Virus record (IMG/VR): IMGVR_UViG_2767802354_000003
Location: 4,685 to 68,684 of that record
Length of the DNA stretch: 64,000 bases
Origin: a virus
Lineage: Duplodnaviria; Caudoviricetes
Direction: 5' to 3' (one strand)
The notes beneath the pieces were generated by a model that worked only from the letters and a program-made list of their open reading frames with translations, was not told the origin of the DNA and did no database searches. This document shows, piece by piece, positions 45,437 to 55,005 of the stretch (the first letter of the stretch is position 1; each line of letters begins with the position of its first letter). The position numbers were made by a program, and so were the translations under genes.

Positions 45437-46111
45437 TCAAAATTCACGGACCATCAAAATACGGCTTTTGTGCATATAGCCCTGTGTGTTGGCATTCACC
45501 CGTACCTGCCACCAATCGCCCGCCTGTGGGTGGGTGTAGAAAGACTCTTCTTTATCGACGCGAGCAATGATCGCGCTCTTGCCATCGGGGGCCTTGCGCA
45601 GGTTGGTGTAGCCATCAGGGTCGTTGATCACAGCCGTCACCGAGAATGGCCTGCTGGAATACACATCCGCCACGACCTTGCCGTTGTCTGTCAGCACGCC
45701 ATCGGCAAACACATATTTGTGCTGACCTTGCCGCCCCTCCATCTCAACCACCAGCGACTTATTCAACAGCTGGATCTTGTGAGGCTCATCACAGGTACCA
45801 AATGTGGGCGATGAAACCGCCTTGCCTGCGTCCAGCGTGATGACGTTGAACAGCTCCGGGCAAGCTGTGCCACCGATATTGGTGGTAAGCACCAGAACCT
45901 TGCCGCCGACATCGTAGGCTTTCCCGATAGAGAGACTGCTATTACCCATCACCCCCGGAATGACGGGCTTGCCATTGAAATGCAGCAGCCGGTTCTCATC
46001 CACCGACAAAGTTCCAAACTTGGTTTTCAGATAAGTCTCATAGGCCTGCACCTGCGATGCGGCCAAACCCAACAACACCAGAGCGCCCAGTTTCCAATTC
46101 ATTTTTTTCAT
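45437..46111 (-). CDS. Exported protein with C-terminal SH3b-like domain
   Basis: Signal peptide (SQVQA); DPDGYTNLRKAP...GDWWQV...GYMH motif. Confidence 0.75.
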   Translation of the reverse strand: MKKMNWKLGALVLLGLAASQVQAYETYLKTKFGTLSVDENRLLHFNGKPVIPGVMGNSSLSIGKAYDVGGKVLVLTTNIGGTACPELFNVITLDAGKAVSSPTFGTCDEPHKIQLLNKSLVVEMEGRQGQHKYVFADGVLTDNGKVVADVYSSRPFSVTAVINDPDGYTNLRKAPDGKSAIIARVDKEESFYTHPQAGDWWQVRVNANTQGYMHKSRILMVREF

Positions 46112-46308
46112 CACATCCTCTCCTTCCTTATTGGTTAACCAATTCACGCAATCAATTCATCGCAAGCGAATGAGTGCCCCAAACTACTGTCGACATACCA
46201 GACAGTCTCATTGAACCGAAGTCAAACCAGGCCTTGATTTGGGGCATCAGCCGACTCAGCGCAGCCACGCGCCCCTAGCAGTCTCGCAATGAATCAACCG
46301 CCAAAAAC

Positions 46309-47271
46309 TCAGGCCGCCAGTCGCTCAATCGCGATATTGGCGGGCTGCCTGAACAGCAGCAGCTGATTGACGGGAGACTGCATCAGCTCCAGCAGCTTGG
46401 GCTTGTACTCGGCAAAGACGCGCTCACCCTGCTGGCCCAGCTTGCCTGCCACCACTTCACGGTTGAGTTGGTTCATCAGCCCCCGATAACTGCCCAGCAC
46501 CTGCTCATACTTGCGCGAACCGCTCCACAAAATGGACTGCGCCAGTGAAGGCTTGCCAATACGCGCTGCCAGCAAATGCTCGGCATGCAATGCACCCGGC
46601 AAGATATCCACCAATAGATGGATAAAGTCCAGCATCAGCTTGAAGTGCTTGCTCTCGCTACGCTCTGCAGCGCTGGCCTTGACATAACCAGCGATGTTGT
46701 CCACCAGCGATGTGATGTGATTGCGCTTGCTGCCCAGTTGCGCCAGCAAGGGGGCAGCAACATCGTGAATCTCGGCAGCCAAGGCGCGCTCTTGCAGCAA
46801 GTCGCGGGTGTACTCCACACTGCCCATGTAGTCGCTAATCTTGTCCATATAAAAGACCAGATTTTGCTCATGCTGAGTTAGTGCAATTTCATCGACCGTG
46901 TCTTGAATCGCATCCAGCTTGCGGCCCAGGTACTGCGTCTGCACCACGATGGCACCCACAATCACCACACTGCTGAGCACCTGCGTCGCCATCAGCACGT
47001 TTTGCATGCTTTGCACGGCTTGCGCAACATTCTGGGTCGCCGTGGCCACCGATTGCAGTTGCTCGATCACTTCCTTCACCGACTCTACCGAGCGCTCCGT
47101 GAACTTCAGGTGCTGGATGATGCCCGTTTTACCGCTACCTTTTGCCCAGTAAGCGACGCCATCGACCACGACCGCATGGCCTTTTTGCAGAGCCTCCAGC
47201 AGCACAGGGCGAATCTCGCTCTCGTCAAGTACCCAAATCTTGCTGGCCAAATCACCAAAGGTATTGATCAA
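46309..47271 (-). CDS. Hypothetical helical protein with central hydrophobic segment (320 aa)
   Basis: ATGA-type coupling to upstream YaaW-like gene; VLSSVVIVGAIVV segment. Confidence 0.8.
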   Translation of the reverse strand: MINTFGDLASKIWVLDESEIRPVLLEALQKGHAVVVDGVAYWAKGSGKTGIIQHLKFTERSVESVKEVIEQLQSVATATQNVAQAVQSMQNVLMATQVLSSVVIVGAIVVQTQYLGRKLDAIQDTVDEIALTQHEQNLVFYMDKISDYMGSVEYTRDLLQERALAAEIHDVAAPLLAQLGSKRNHITSLVDNIAGYVKASAAERSESKHFKLMLDFIHLLVDILPGALHAEHLLAARIGKPSLAQSILWSGSRKYEQVLGSYRGLMNQLNREVVAGKLGQQGERVFAEYKPKLLELMQSPVNQLLLFRQPANIAIERLAA

Positions 47272-48032
47272 AACACATCCCTCTCTAAATACTTCTTGCG
47301 CATATAAGCAATCTGAATCACCGCCGGCATGGTCACGCGATAGGCCGTGCCAGAGAGCATGGGCACAGTCAGCGCCACACCCAGCACCACGGCAAATGGC
47401 CCTGCAAAAGCCGCAGCACCCAAACGCGTACCAATGAACTGCGCAGCCATGGGGCCTGCAAAACGCGCAGCCAGCCCGGCCCCCAGCGAAGCCAGCATGG
47501 CACCCGCCACATATTCATAGAGAAGCATGGCTGCCGCACCACCCGTCGCGAGCGCCAGGCGCACGGGCGACAGACCCGCTGCATCCTTGAAGCGATCCAG
47601 CAGGTTGATCTTCTGCAAGAAGTCTGTGCGCTGCGCCTCGTCCATCTTCTCCCAGGCCTTGTCCGCCAGAAACTCGATCAGCTTGGCCTCTTTCTGAACA
47701 ATCTCCTTGTCCTCTGCCCCCAGCTTCACGCCGACGCGCTCGCACACATCGGACAAAATTTCCTCGTACAGCACGCCCGTACCCCGGAACAGATTGACCA
47801 CCGAGTCACCGCCATACAGCTGCAACTCGCCCGCCACCACCTGCCAGCTCTTGAGCCATTTCTGGGGCAGATCCAGATGCGCGGTAAAGCCCGGGTCCGT
47901 CAAGATGCTGCTGGTGCGGCGCTTCTCGCCATCAGTGTCGTAAATCAGAATCTGCGCCAAGTTGGACACATCGTCGTTGTCACACATGGACAAAAACTTC
48001 AGGCCCGGGTCTTCACGGTACTTAATTGCCAT
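47268..48032 (-). CDS. DUF3944/YaaW-family protein (254 aa)
   Basis: MAIKYREDPGLKFL, ELQLYGGDSVVNLFRG.GVLYEEIL.DVC and AYRVTMPAVIQIAYMR motifs. Confidence 0.8.
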   Translation of the reverse strand: MAIKYREDPGLKFLSMCDNDDVSNLAQILIYDTDGEKRRTSSILTDPGFTAHLDLPQKWLKSWQVVAGELQLYGGDSVVNLFRGTGVLYEEILSDVCERVGVKLGAEDKEIVQKEAKLIEFLADKAWEKMDEAQRTDFLQKINLLDRFKDAAGLSPVRLALATGGAAAMLLYEYVAGAMLASLGAGLAARFAGPMAAQFIGTRLGAAAFAGPFAVVLGVALTVPMLSGTAYRVTMPAVIQIAYMRKKYLERDVF

Positions 48033-48147
48033 AACGGCTCGCCTCTCTCTCTTAAAAATTTTTCATTCATGGCCGCCCGCACTGAGTGCTTTTCCGGTGC
48101 GGGATCCGGTGCACCAGGTGCTAGCGGCAGGTATTGCTTGGCAAACG

Positions 48148-49524
48148 TCAGGCTGTCGCCGCCTTGCGGCCACGCGTTTTTTTGACCGGGGCTTCGGCTG
48201 CACGCGCCTCGCGCAAGCGGCGCAGCAGCTCGGTGGCCGGTTCGTCGTTCGGGTCTTGCGGCACCAGCTCGCCGCGAAAGGCCTTGGCCAGCAGAGCGGG
48301 CGTGAGGCGGTCGGCGGCGGAGCGGGCGGTTTGCAGCCGGGCTTCAAGCCGGTCGGCATAGGCGAAGAGGATTTCTACGCGGCGGACGATTTCGGTTTGT
48401 TCTCCAGCTGAAGCAACTGGCACAGGGATTTTTCCCAATTCCTTAGTGTTTATCTTTGGCAGAACTGTTCGACTTTCTGCATTAGAAGCCCAACTTGTGA
48501 AACGCTCGCCCAACATCCATAACAGCAAATAATCATCGTTAAGCTTCGTTGATATTGGATACATATCAGCACTGCATAAACCTGAAAAATCAGGTATTGC
48601 AACCTTGCATAAATTCGGACGAATTTTTGAGTAAACAATTTGCCCGGCATTAAACCAATTCTTAGGGCTCTTTACAGCATCATCCGCGATTGTTTGACAG
48701 CCAGATATTCTCCCAGACCAAGGTTCAATGTGATTAGGCGCAAGGTGGACTTCGTTTTGATATTTACTTGGATCACGCAAATCACTTTTTACACCCGCAA
48801 TTTCAGAGAACTCTACCCATTTCCAAGAATTGGGTAGATCAAGCAGTGTTTGCTCTCTAAACTCTGTTATCGATTTCCAAGACAAAGCAGGTAGATCATT
48901 TTCTTGACGCCAATCCTCCGTCAGTCGCCCCGAAGTGGCGGCGGCCAAGACCGACTGGCGAAAGCGTTTGAGCAAGGGGGTGATGCGGGCGAGACGGTCG
49001 TTCAGGGCATCGACACGGGTCAGGACGGTGTCGAGTTTGTCGGCGATGCGGCGTTGTTCCTCGTATGGAGCTACAGGAATTTCTGCCGCTCTAATCTGCT
49101 TCAGGACAAGCCTTTTAATCGCTGTCCCAGTCATGCCATTAGTCATAGTCTTTTTCGTGAGAGGACTATTCAACCAATGCTTTAGATACGCTGAATTTAA
49201 ATAATTCTTTTCAGGCTTAAGCAATGCCACACTTGAAAGCAGAGAAAATTCTTCTCTCAATGTATTTATTGCTGCGATTCCCGTTGTGACGCCATCTTTA
49301 ATGTATAAAACATCCCCATATTCAACAGGACATCTTGTATATATTTCTCTATGAACACTCTCGTTAACATAATAAATATCACTTAAATCCAATCCCCAAG
49401 GCCTGATATTTTTTGCAGTTACATAACGAAAATCGCCTGTTGGGGTATTGACTGGAGAGTGGTGTGTTCCATCTGTGACCAGTGAGCAGATTTCATCCAA
49501 GCGAATCGAAGCCCAATTACTCAT
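48148..49524 (-). CDS. hsdS: Type I R-M specificity subunit
   Basis: Two AT-rich TRDs alternating with conserved EQRRIADKLD / EQTEIVRRVE helices; LLAKAFRGEL; start overlaps hsdM stop. Confidence 0.93.
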   Translation of the reverse strand: MSNWASIRLDEICSLVTDGTHHSPVNTPTGDFRYVTAKNIRPWGLDLSDIYYVNESVHREIYTRCPVEYGDVLYIKDGVTTGIAAINTLREEFSLLSSVALLKPEKNYLNSAYLKHWLNSPLTKKTMTNGMTGTAIKRLVLKQIRAAEIPVAPYEEQRRIADKLDTVLTRVDALNDRLARITPLLKRFRQSVLAAATSGRLTEDWRQENDLPALSWKSITEFREQTLLDLPNSWKWVEFSEIAGVKSDLRDPSKYQNEVHLAPNHIEPWSGRISGCQTIADDAVKSPKNWFNAGQIVYSKIRPNLCKVAIPDFSGLCSADMYPISTKLNDDYLLLWMLGERFTSWASNAESRTVLPKINTKELGKIPVPVASAGEQTEIVRRVEILFAYADRLEARLQTARSAADRLTPALLAKAFRGELVPQDPNDEPATELLRRLREARAAEAPVKKTRGRKAATA

Positions 49525-50974
49525 CAATTTCCCCCAATTCCGCCAATATCCCCTCCAACTCCTCCAGCGCCGCATCCAACTCGCCCTTAATCTCCCGCGC
49601 CAGCGCCGCAGGTTCGGGCAAGTCCGCTGCGTCTTCCACGCTGTCGTCCTTGAGCCAGGCAATGTCCAGGCTATCTTGCTTCTCCGTGCGAATCCATTCG
49701 CGCGAAAAGCAGCGCCAGCGGCTTTGGTCACCGCCGTCGGTGCGCGGACTGTTGCCGTTCACGTCTTCGCCATAGGCCGCGATGAATTCGGCAAAGTGCG
49801 CGTCGGTCAGCGGCGTGCGCTTGCCAAACTTGGGGGCGTTGGCGCGCATGTCGTACACCCACACATCCTTGGTGCTGCCCGTGGCGGCTTCGCCCACTTT
49901 TTCAAAGAACAGCACATTGGTCTTCACGCCCTGCGCATAGAAGATGCCGGTGGGCAGGCGCAGCACGGTGTGCAGGCGGCATTTGTCCATCAACGCGCGG
50001 CGAATGTCGGCGCCTACGCCTGCTTCAAACAGCACGTTATCGGGCAGCACCACGGCGGCACGGCCACCGTCTTTGAGGTGCTTGATGATGTGCTGCACAA
50101 AGGCCAGCTGCTTGTTGCTGGTGGCGTAGGTCAGGTCATCGCGCGTGGCACCGCCGCCGCCTTTGGCCGTGCCAAAGGGCGGGTTGCTCAAGATGATGTC
50201 GCTCTTGGGCAGGCGCTGGCCGGCGGTGCCCAGCGTGTTGCCCAGGTGAATGGCGCCTTCGGCATCGCCTTCAATGCCGTGCAGCAGGCAGTTCATCAGC
50301 GCCAGGCGGCGCGTGTTGGGCACCAGCTCCATGCCGGTGTAGGCCTTGCGAATCTGAAAGGCGCGCTGGGGCTCGGTCAAATCCAGCAGGTCATCGGTTT
50401 GGGCGCGAATGGCGCGGTCGGCGGCAATCAAGAAGCCAGCGGTGCCGGCGGCCGGGTCTTGAATGGTTTCGCCCACCTGCGGACGCATGACGGCGATCAT
50501 GGCGTCGATCAGCGGGCGTGGAGTGAAGTACTGGCCGGCGCCGCTTTTGGTCTCGCTGGCATTCTTTTCCAGCAGGCCTTCGTACAAGTCGCCCAGGCCG
50601 TCTTTGTCGGTGTCGAACCAGTCGATGCGGTCGAGGTCATTGATGAGCTGCTCCAGGTGGCGCGGCTCGCTCAGGCTGGTTTGGGCATTGGCGTAGATGG
50701 CGGCAATGCGGGGGTTGGTGGACTCGGACAGCTGCTGCAGCGTGCGGCGATAGGTGTTGAGCAGGTTGATGCCCGAGAGGTCGCGCAGCTGGTTCCAGCG
50801 GGCGTAATCAGGCAGCAGCGGCTGCTGGAGGACGCCGGATTCGAGGTTTTCGTGCTCCATCTTGATAAAGAGCAGCAGCACCAGCTCGGTGACGTAGTCG
50901 CTGTAGTTGATGCCATCGTCGCGCAGGACGTCGCAAAGGTTCCAGAGTTTCTGGACGATGTCAGAGGTGGTCAT
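49517..50974 (-). CDS. hsdM: Type I R-M N6-adenine methyltransferase
   Basis: GQYFTPR, DPAAGTAGFL (motif I), SNPPF (motif IV). Confidence 0.96.
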   Translation of the reverse strand: MTTSDIVQKLWNLCDVLRDDGINYSDYVTELVLLLFIKMEHENLESGVLQQPLLPDYARWNQLRDLSGINLLNTYRRTLQQLSESTNPRIAAIYANAQTSLSEPRHLEQLINDLDRIDWFDTDKDGLGDLYEGLLEKNASETKSGAGQYFTPRPLIDAMIAVMRPQVGETIQDPAAGTAGFLIAADRAIRAQTDDLLDLTEPQRAFQIRKAYTGMELVPNTRRLALMNCLLHGIEGDAEGAIHLGNTLGTAGQRLPKSDIILSNPPFGTAKGGGGATRDDLTYATSNKQLAFVQHIIKHLKDGGRAAVVLPDNVLFEAGVGADIRRALMDKCRLHTVLRLPTGIFYAQGVKTNVLFFEKVGEAATGSTKDVWVYDMRANAPKFGKRTPLTDAHFAEFIAAYGEDVNGNSPRTDGGDQSRWRCFSREWIRTEKQDSLDIAWLKDDSVEDAADLPEPAALAREIKGELDAALEELEGILAELGEIDE

Positions 50975-50999
50975 ACCGAAATAAAGGTTCCGTTATTTT

Positions 51000-51081
51000 G
51001 ATAGCTTCTTGCGCTTTCTATTCATGCGTTTCAGCATGTTTTATGCATGAAATCTAATGAATACAAGCGCAGCAAGCTATT
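51000..51081. repeat. Imperfect palindromic intergenic element
   Basis: GATAGCTTCTTGCGCTTTCTATTCAT ... ATGAATACAAGCGCAGCAAGCTATT. Confidence 0.65.
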
Positions 51082-51231
51082 GTTTTAGATAGCTGCGCTG
51101 CAGCTGGCAGCGGTGATGGAATGAGATTGATGCATTGCATGCGATGGGGCGTGAGCATAGTCGCTGCCAGAGGGCTTGCGCCGTAAGTCTGGCCGCGCAA
51201 GCCGCTGGTGGTGGCGGTGGGCATGGGTCGT

Positions 51232-54200
51232 TCAGGCCACTTTTTGCCATAGCGCTTCGGCCAGTTGGGTGACAACGGTATCGAGCTCACCGCCCAGCAC
51301 CTTGTCCACCTGCTTGGTGCCGCCTTGCTGGCGGAAGGCTTCGTTGAGAAAACGGCTGTCCACCACGGTCTCATGCTTGAGTTGCTTGGCAATGCGGTCC
51401 AGCCAGCTGCGCTGTGCGGTGCTCCAGCTGCGCAGGCTGTAGATGCGCTGCATGGCGCGGTTGACGCGGTCTTCAAAAGGCAGCAAGGCCTCTCCCAGCG
51501 CGGCTTTGCGGATATGGGCCACGATGCCGGCGGCAATGTCCTGGTTGCTCTGGTTGCGCCAGGCGGCCTTGAGGGCCGCTTCTGAAAAACCTGCACCGTC
51601 GAGCAGCAGGCGCACTTCGCGCAGCAGCTCACGCGTGAGGTCTTTGGGGCGGTTGACCACTACCGACAACGCCACCGACTGGTTGAGCTGCTCTTTGATG
51701 AAGTGGGCAAAGCCGTCCAGATAGTCCTCGGGCATGGCGTAGCTGCCCCAACTTTGCTCGCGGGCGACAAGCTCGTCATGGTGGTCAGACAGCACGGGGC
51801 GGTAAGCCGTGCCCATGAGTTCTTGCACCTCACCCAGTTGCTGCAGCAGGCGCGTGTGATTACGCAGAAAGTGGGCGACGGCCTGGGTGCCCTGCTTTTT
51901 GGCCATGTCGTGCAGGTGCTTGTGCAATTGGGCCGGGGGTATGCCCCAGCTTTGCTCCAGCTCTTGGAGGCGTTCTTTGAGGGCCGGCTTTTTCTCGGCC
52001 TTGTGCGTGGCCTTGCGCAGCACGCGCATGAGCTTTTGGTTGAGCTGATCGAGCACATCATCGGCATGTTTGCGCTCAGCCGTGCTGCCGGGGGCTGTGT
52101 AAGAGGCCGGGTTGTGCAGCTCGTCGATCAACTGATCGATGGTGACGTTGGGGTCTTTGACCAGCGGCTGCATGGTGTTGACGCCCTGCAGCGTGGCGTA
52201 CAAATCCACCGGGTCGTAGATGCGAAACACGGTTTTGCCAATGTCATCGCAGCGGCGGGTGGCGCGGCCAATCATCTGCTCGTACAAGATGCGCGAGCGC
52301 ACGCGGCGCATGAAGACGAGGTTGCAAATGCGCGGCACATCAATGCCGGTGGTGAGCAAGTCCACCGTGACCGCCACTTTGGGGTATGTCTCGTTTTTAT
52401 AGTTGCGAATCATCTGGCTGACCTTGTCGGTCTTGCCGGTGATTTTGGCAACGATGGCCTGGTTGTAGGCGTCGCCATGCAGCTCCTTGAAGGCCTCGCC
52501 CAACATGCGCACCACGGTGTCGGCATGGGTGTCGGTGGCGCAGAAGATCATGGTCTTATCGTCGCTGAACGGGTCCAGCTCCTGCGCCAGCTGGTTGCAG
52601 ATGACTCGGTTGAAGTTGTCGTTGAGCACGGTTTTGTTGAAGCTGGCCACATCAAAGTGCAGCTCGTCCTCCAGCTCGGCCGTGTCGATTTCGCCGGTTT
52701 GCAGGTGGATGCTTTCAACGGCATCGCCTTTTTCAAAGTGAATGCCGTTTTGCGTGAGCAGCGTGGTGTAGCGAATGGGCGGCTCGTGGTCGATCAGCCA
52801 GTCATCGGCCACAGCTTCGCGATAGCTGTAGGTGTAGATGGGGTGGCCAAAGATGTCGCTGGTGTGCTTGGCCGGCGTGGCGGTGAGGCCTACCTTGAAG
52901 GCATCAAAGTAATCGAGCACACGGCGGTAGGTGGAGAGGTACTGGCTGGCGTCGCGCAGTTCCTGCTCACCTTCGGTCATTTCCTGGTCTAGCGTGTAGC
53001 CGCGGTGGGCCTCATCGACGATGACGCAATCGAACCTGTCCACGGGCGGCGGGCTGTCACTGTCAAAGATACGCTTGACCATGGCCTGCACGGTAGCGAC
53101 CTGCACGCGGTCTTCGGCCTCGGCCGCCATGTCGCCCAAATCTGCAATGTTGTAGAGCTTGGACAGGGGCATGTTCTGCTCGAGCAGCATGTCGTCAAAG
53201 GCCTCCAGCGCCTGGTCGCCCAGCGCGGTGCGGTCTACCAGAAACAGAATACGTTTGAAACGTTCGGCCTTTAGAAAACGGTAGATCAGGCCAATGATGG
53301 TACGGGTTTTGCCCGTGCCGGTGGCCATGGCCAGCAGGCTGCTGCGCTGACCTTGGGCCAGACATTGCTCCACCGCGCTGATGGCGTTGAGCTGGTAGCT
53401 ACGCAGGCCCAGATAGGCGGCGGTCTCTGTCTCTAGCTTGCCCTGCGCCTTGGCAATATCGCGCCGCAGCACATCAAGCAACCCCTCTGGCGAATGAAAG
53501 CTAGGCAAAGGTCTGGCCAGATTGGCCGTGTGGCGCAGGTCACGAAACCAGGTGCCGCTGGATTGCTCGTGCTGCCGGACAAATGGTCGGCCGTTGCAGG
53601 AGTAGGCAAACGGAATCTGGAACAGAGCGCCCTGCCCGTCTTGCCAGGGCTGGGGCGGCTGCTCATGCTTCCAGGCCGCCTCACAGTCAACAGAGAGCAA
53701 AAAACTGCGCGCATAGCGCTCAGCCTGACCGATCTTGCCGGCCACGTTCTGATTAAGGCGCTTTGCCTCCACCACAGCTACAGGCGTGAGGCCAGCAAAC
53801 AAAACGTAGTCTGCGCTCTGTTGCCCCTTCATCGGCCACTCGGCAATCGCCATGTTCTGGCCCCGCGCCGGTCGTGCGCCCTTGGCATAAGTCTGGGCTA
53901 CGGTGTCTGCACTCCAGCCTGCGTCGCGCAGCATCTGGTCGATGATGAGGCGCGTGGCTGGCTCATCCATTTGCACCAGACTGGCAGCTTTGCGGGAGCG
54001 GCTGCTCCAACTGCGCACGGTTTCTGGGCTGGGGGCTTTCTCAACGGCATCGCTCTTGGCAAGCTCGGCCTTGAGCTGCTCGATAGTGGCGCTTGCCTCC
54101 ATGGCCAACTGCTCATAAATATCGCGTTCTTGCAGGGCTTTGGCCGCCAGCGCTTTTTCCTGGTCAGCCTGTTGCTGCAGCAATTGCTGCATGGCCTCCT

Positions 54201-54705
54201 GGTCTGAGCTCAGGGCCTGCGCACTGCTCAGGCGCGCATGCAGTGCCTCCATCTGCTTTTGCAGGTCATAGAGCTTCTGGCTGGGATCATCCGGCAGCAA
54301 AAACGGGCCGGCCTTGTAATCTGCATTGCTGCCAAAAGTGCGGTGAAACCAGAGAGCTACTTCGCGGGCGACCTTGAGAGATTCAAGTGCCTCCCGATAG
54401 CCAATCGCAGCTCCAACCTCATGCACCGCTTCATTGCCTCGCATGCGCAGCAGGTGAAACATCTGCCGCAACTGCGGGTCCAGCCCCAACTTGGAATCAA
54501 TGCTGCGAATGAGGTCCGACTGTGTGGATGGCTGCAACTGCGGCTGCAAGCCAATGCGGCCGGCGACCTCTTTGGCAATGGCTTCGGCCAGTAACCTCAG
54601 TTTGGCAACACAGCTGGGCGGGTCGTGGGGAAAAATTTTCTCTGCGGCTAAGCCCAACGCTGCCAATGATTTGGAATAAGCGCCCAGAAAAGCGAAATTA
54701 CTCAC
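51232..54705 (-). CDS. hsdR: Type I restriction endonuclease subunit R (EcoKI-like architecture)
   Basis: ADYVLF..VVEAK nuclease motif, MATGTGKT Walker A, DEAHR, LTATP, QMIGRATR. Confidence 0.96.
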   Translation of the reverse strand: MSNFAFLGAYSKSLAALGLAAEKIFPHDPPSCVAKLRLLAEAIAKEVAGRIGLQPQLQPSTQSDLIRSIDSKLGLDPQLRQMFHLLRMRGNEAVHEVGAAIGYREALESLKVAREVALWFHRTFGSNADYKAGPFLLPDDPSQKLYDLQKQMEALHARLSSAQALSSDQEAMQQLLQQQADQEKALAAKALQERDIYEQLAMEASATIEQLKAELAKSDAVEKAPSPETVRSWSSRSRKAASLVQMDEPATRLIIDQMLRDAGWSADTVAQTYAKGARPARGQNMAIAEWPMKGQQSADYVLFAGLTPVAVVEAKRLNQNVAGKIGQAERYARSFLLSVDCEAAWKHEQPPQPWQDGQGALFQIPFAYSCNGRPFVRQHEQSSGTWFRDLRHTANLARPLPSFHSPEGLLDVLRRDIAKAQGKLETETAAYLGLRSYQLNAISAVEQCLAQGQRSSLLAMATGTGKTRTIIGLIYRFLKAERFKRILFLVDRTALGDQALEAFDDMLLEQNMPLSKLYNIADLGDMAAEAEDRVQVATVQAMVKRIFDSDSPPPVDRFDCVIVDEAHRGYTLDQEMTEGEQELRDASQYLSTYRRVLDYFDAFKVGLTATPAKHTSDIFGHPIYTYSYREAVADDWLIDHEPPIRYTTLLTQNGIHFEKGDAVESIHLQTGEIDTAELEDELHFDVASFNKTVLNDNFNRVICNQLAQELDPFSDDKTMIFCATDTHADTVVRMLGEAFKELHGDAYNQAIVAKITGKTDKVSQMIRNYKNETYPKVAVTVDLLTTGIDVPRICNLVFMRRVRSRILYEQMIGRATRRCDDIGKTVFRIYDPVDLYATLQGVNTMQPLVKDPNVTIDQLIDELHNPASYTAPGSTAERKHADDVLDQLNQKLMRVLRKATHKAEKKPALKERLQELEQSWGIPPAQLHKHLHDMAKKQGTQAVAHFLRNHTRLLQQLGEVQELMGTAYRPVLSDHHDELVAREQSWGSYAMPEDYLDGFAHFIKEQLNQSVALSVVVNRPKDLTRELLREVRLLLDGAGFSEAALKAAWRNQSNQDIAAGIVAHIRKAALGEALLPFEDRVNRAMQRIYSLRSWSTAQRSWLDRIAKQLKHETVVDSRFLNEAFRQQGGTKQVDKVLGGELDTVVTQLAEALWQKVA

Positions 54706-55005
54706 CCGCTGCCTCGATTGATATTGGTATAGCGCATATTATGTAACCATGCGTTGCAATATCAAAAATTAATCCCGGCCGGGACAGGAATTAAATTGGA
54801 ACGTCCTCGGCAGCTGGTCAACGATATTTTTGGATCAAGGAAATAGCGGGGCAGACGAAGGCCTGCCCCCTTACGCGCCACCAAATTGACAGTTTGAAAT
54901 TGGCTCCATCGACAGTGCAGGCCCATGGACTAAATACCCCGCGCATGTCTAAGACATTGCGGCACAGCACCCCAATAGACATGGCACATGCTTTTGCTTT
55001 TCACT

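Noticed and set aside
47120-47150. AKGSGKT as a Walker A motif in the 320-aa protein
   Set aside because: Spacing does not fit [AG]-x4-GK[ST] and no Walker B or G3 motif follows
54860-54890. ...CGCGCCACCA as a second tRNA-derived att site
   Set aside because: No T-loop consensus upstream, no partner repeat and no adjacent integrase
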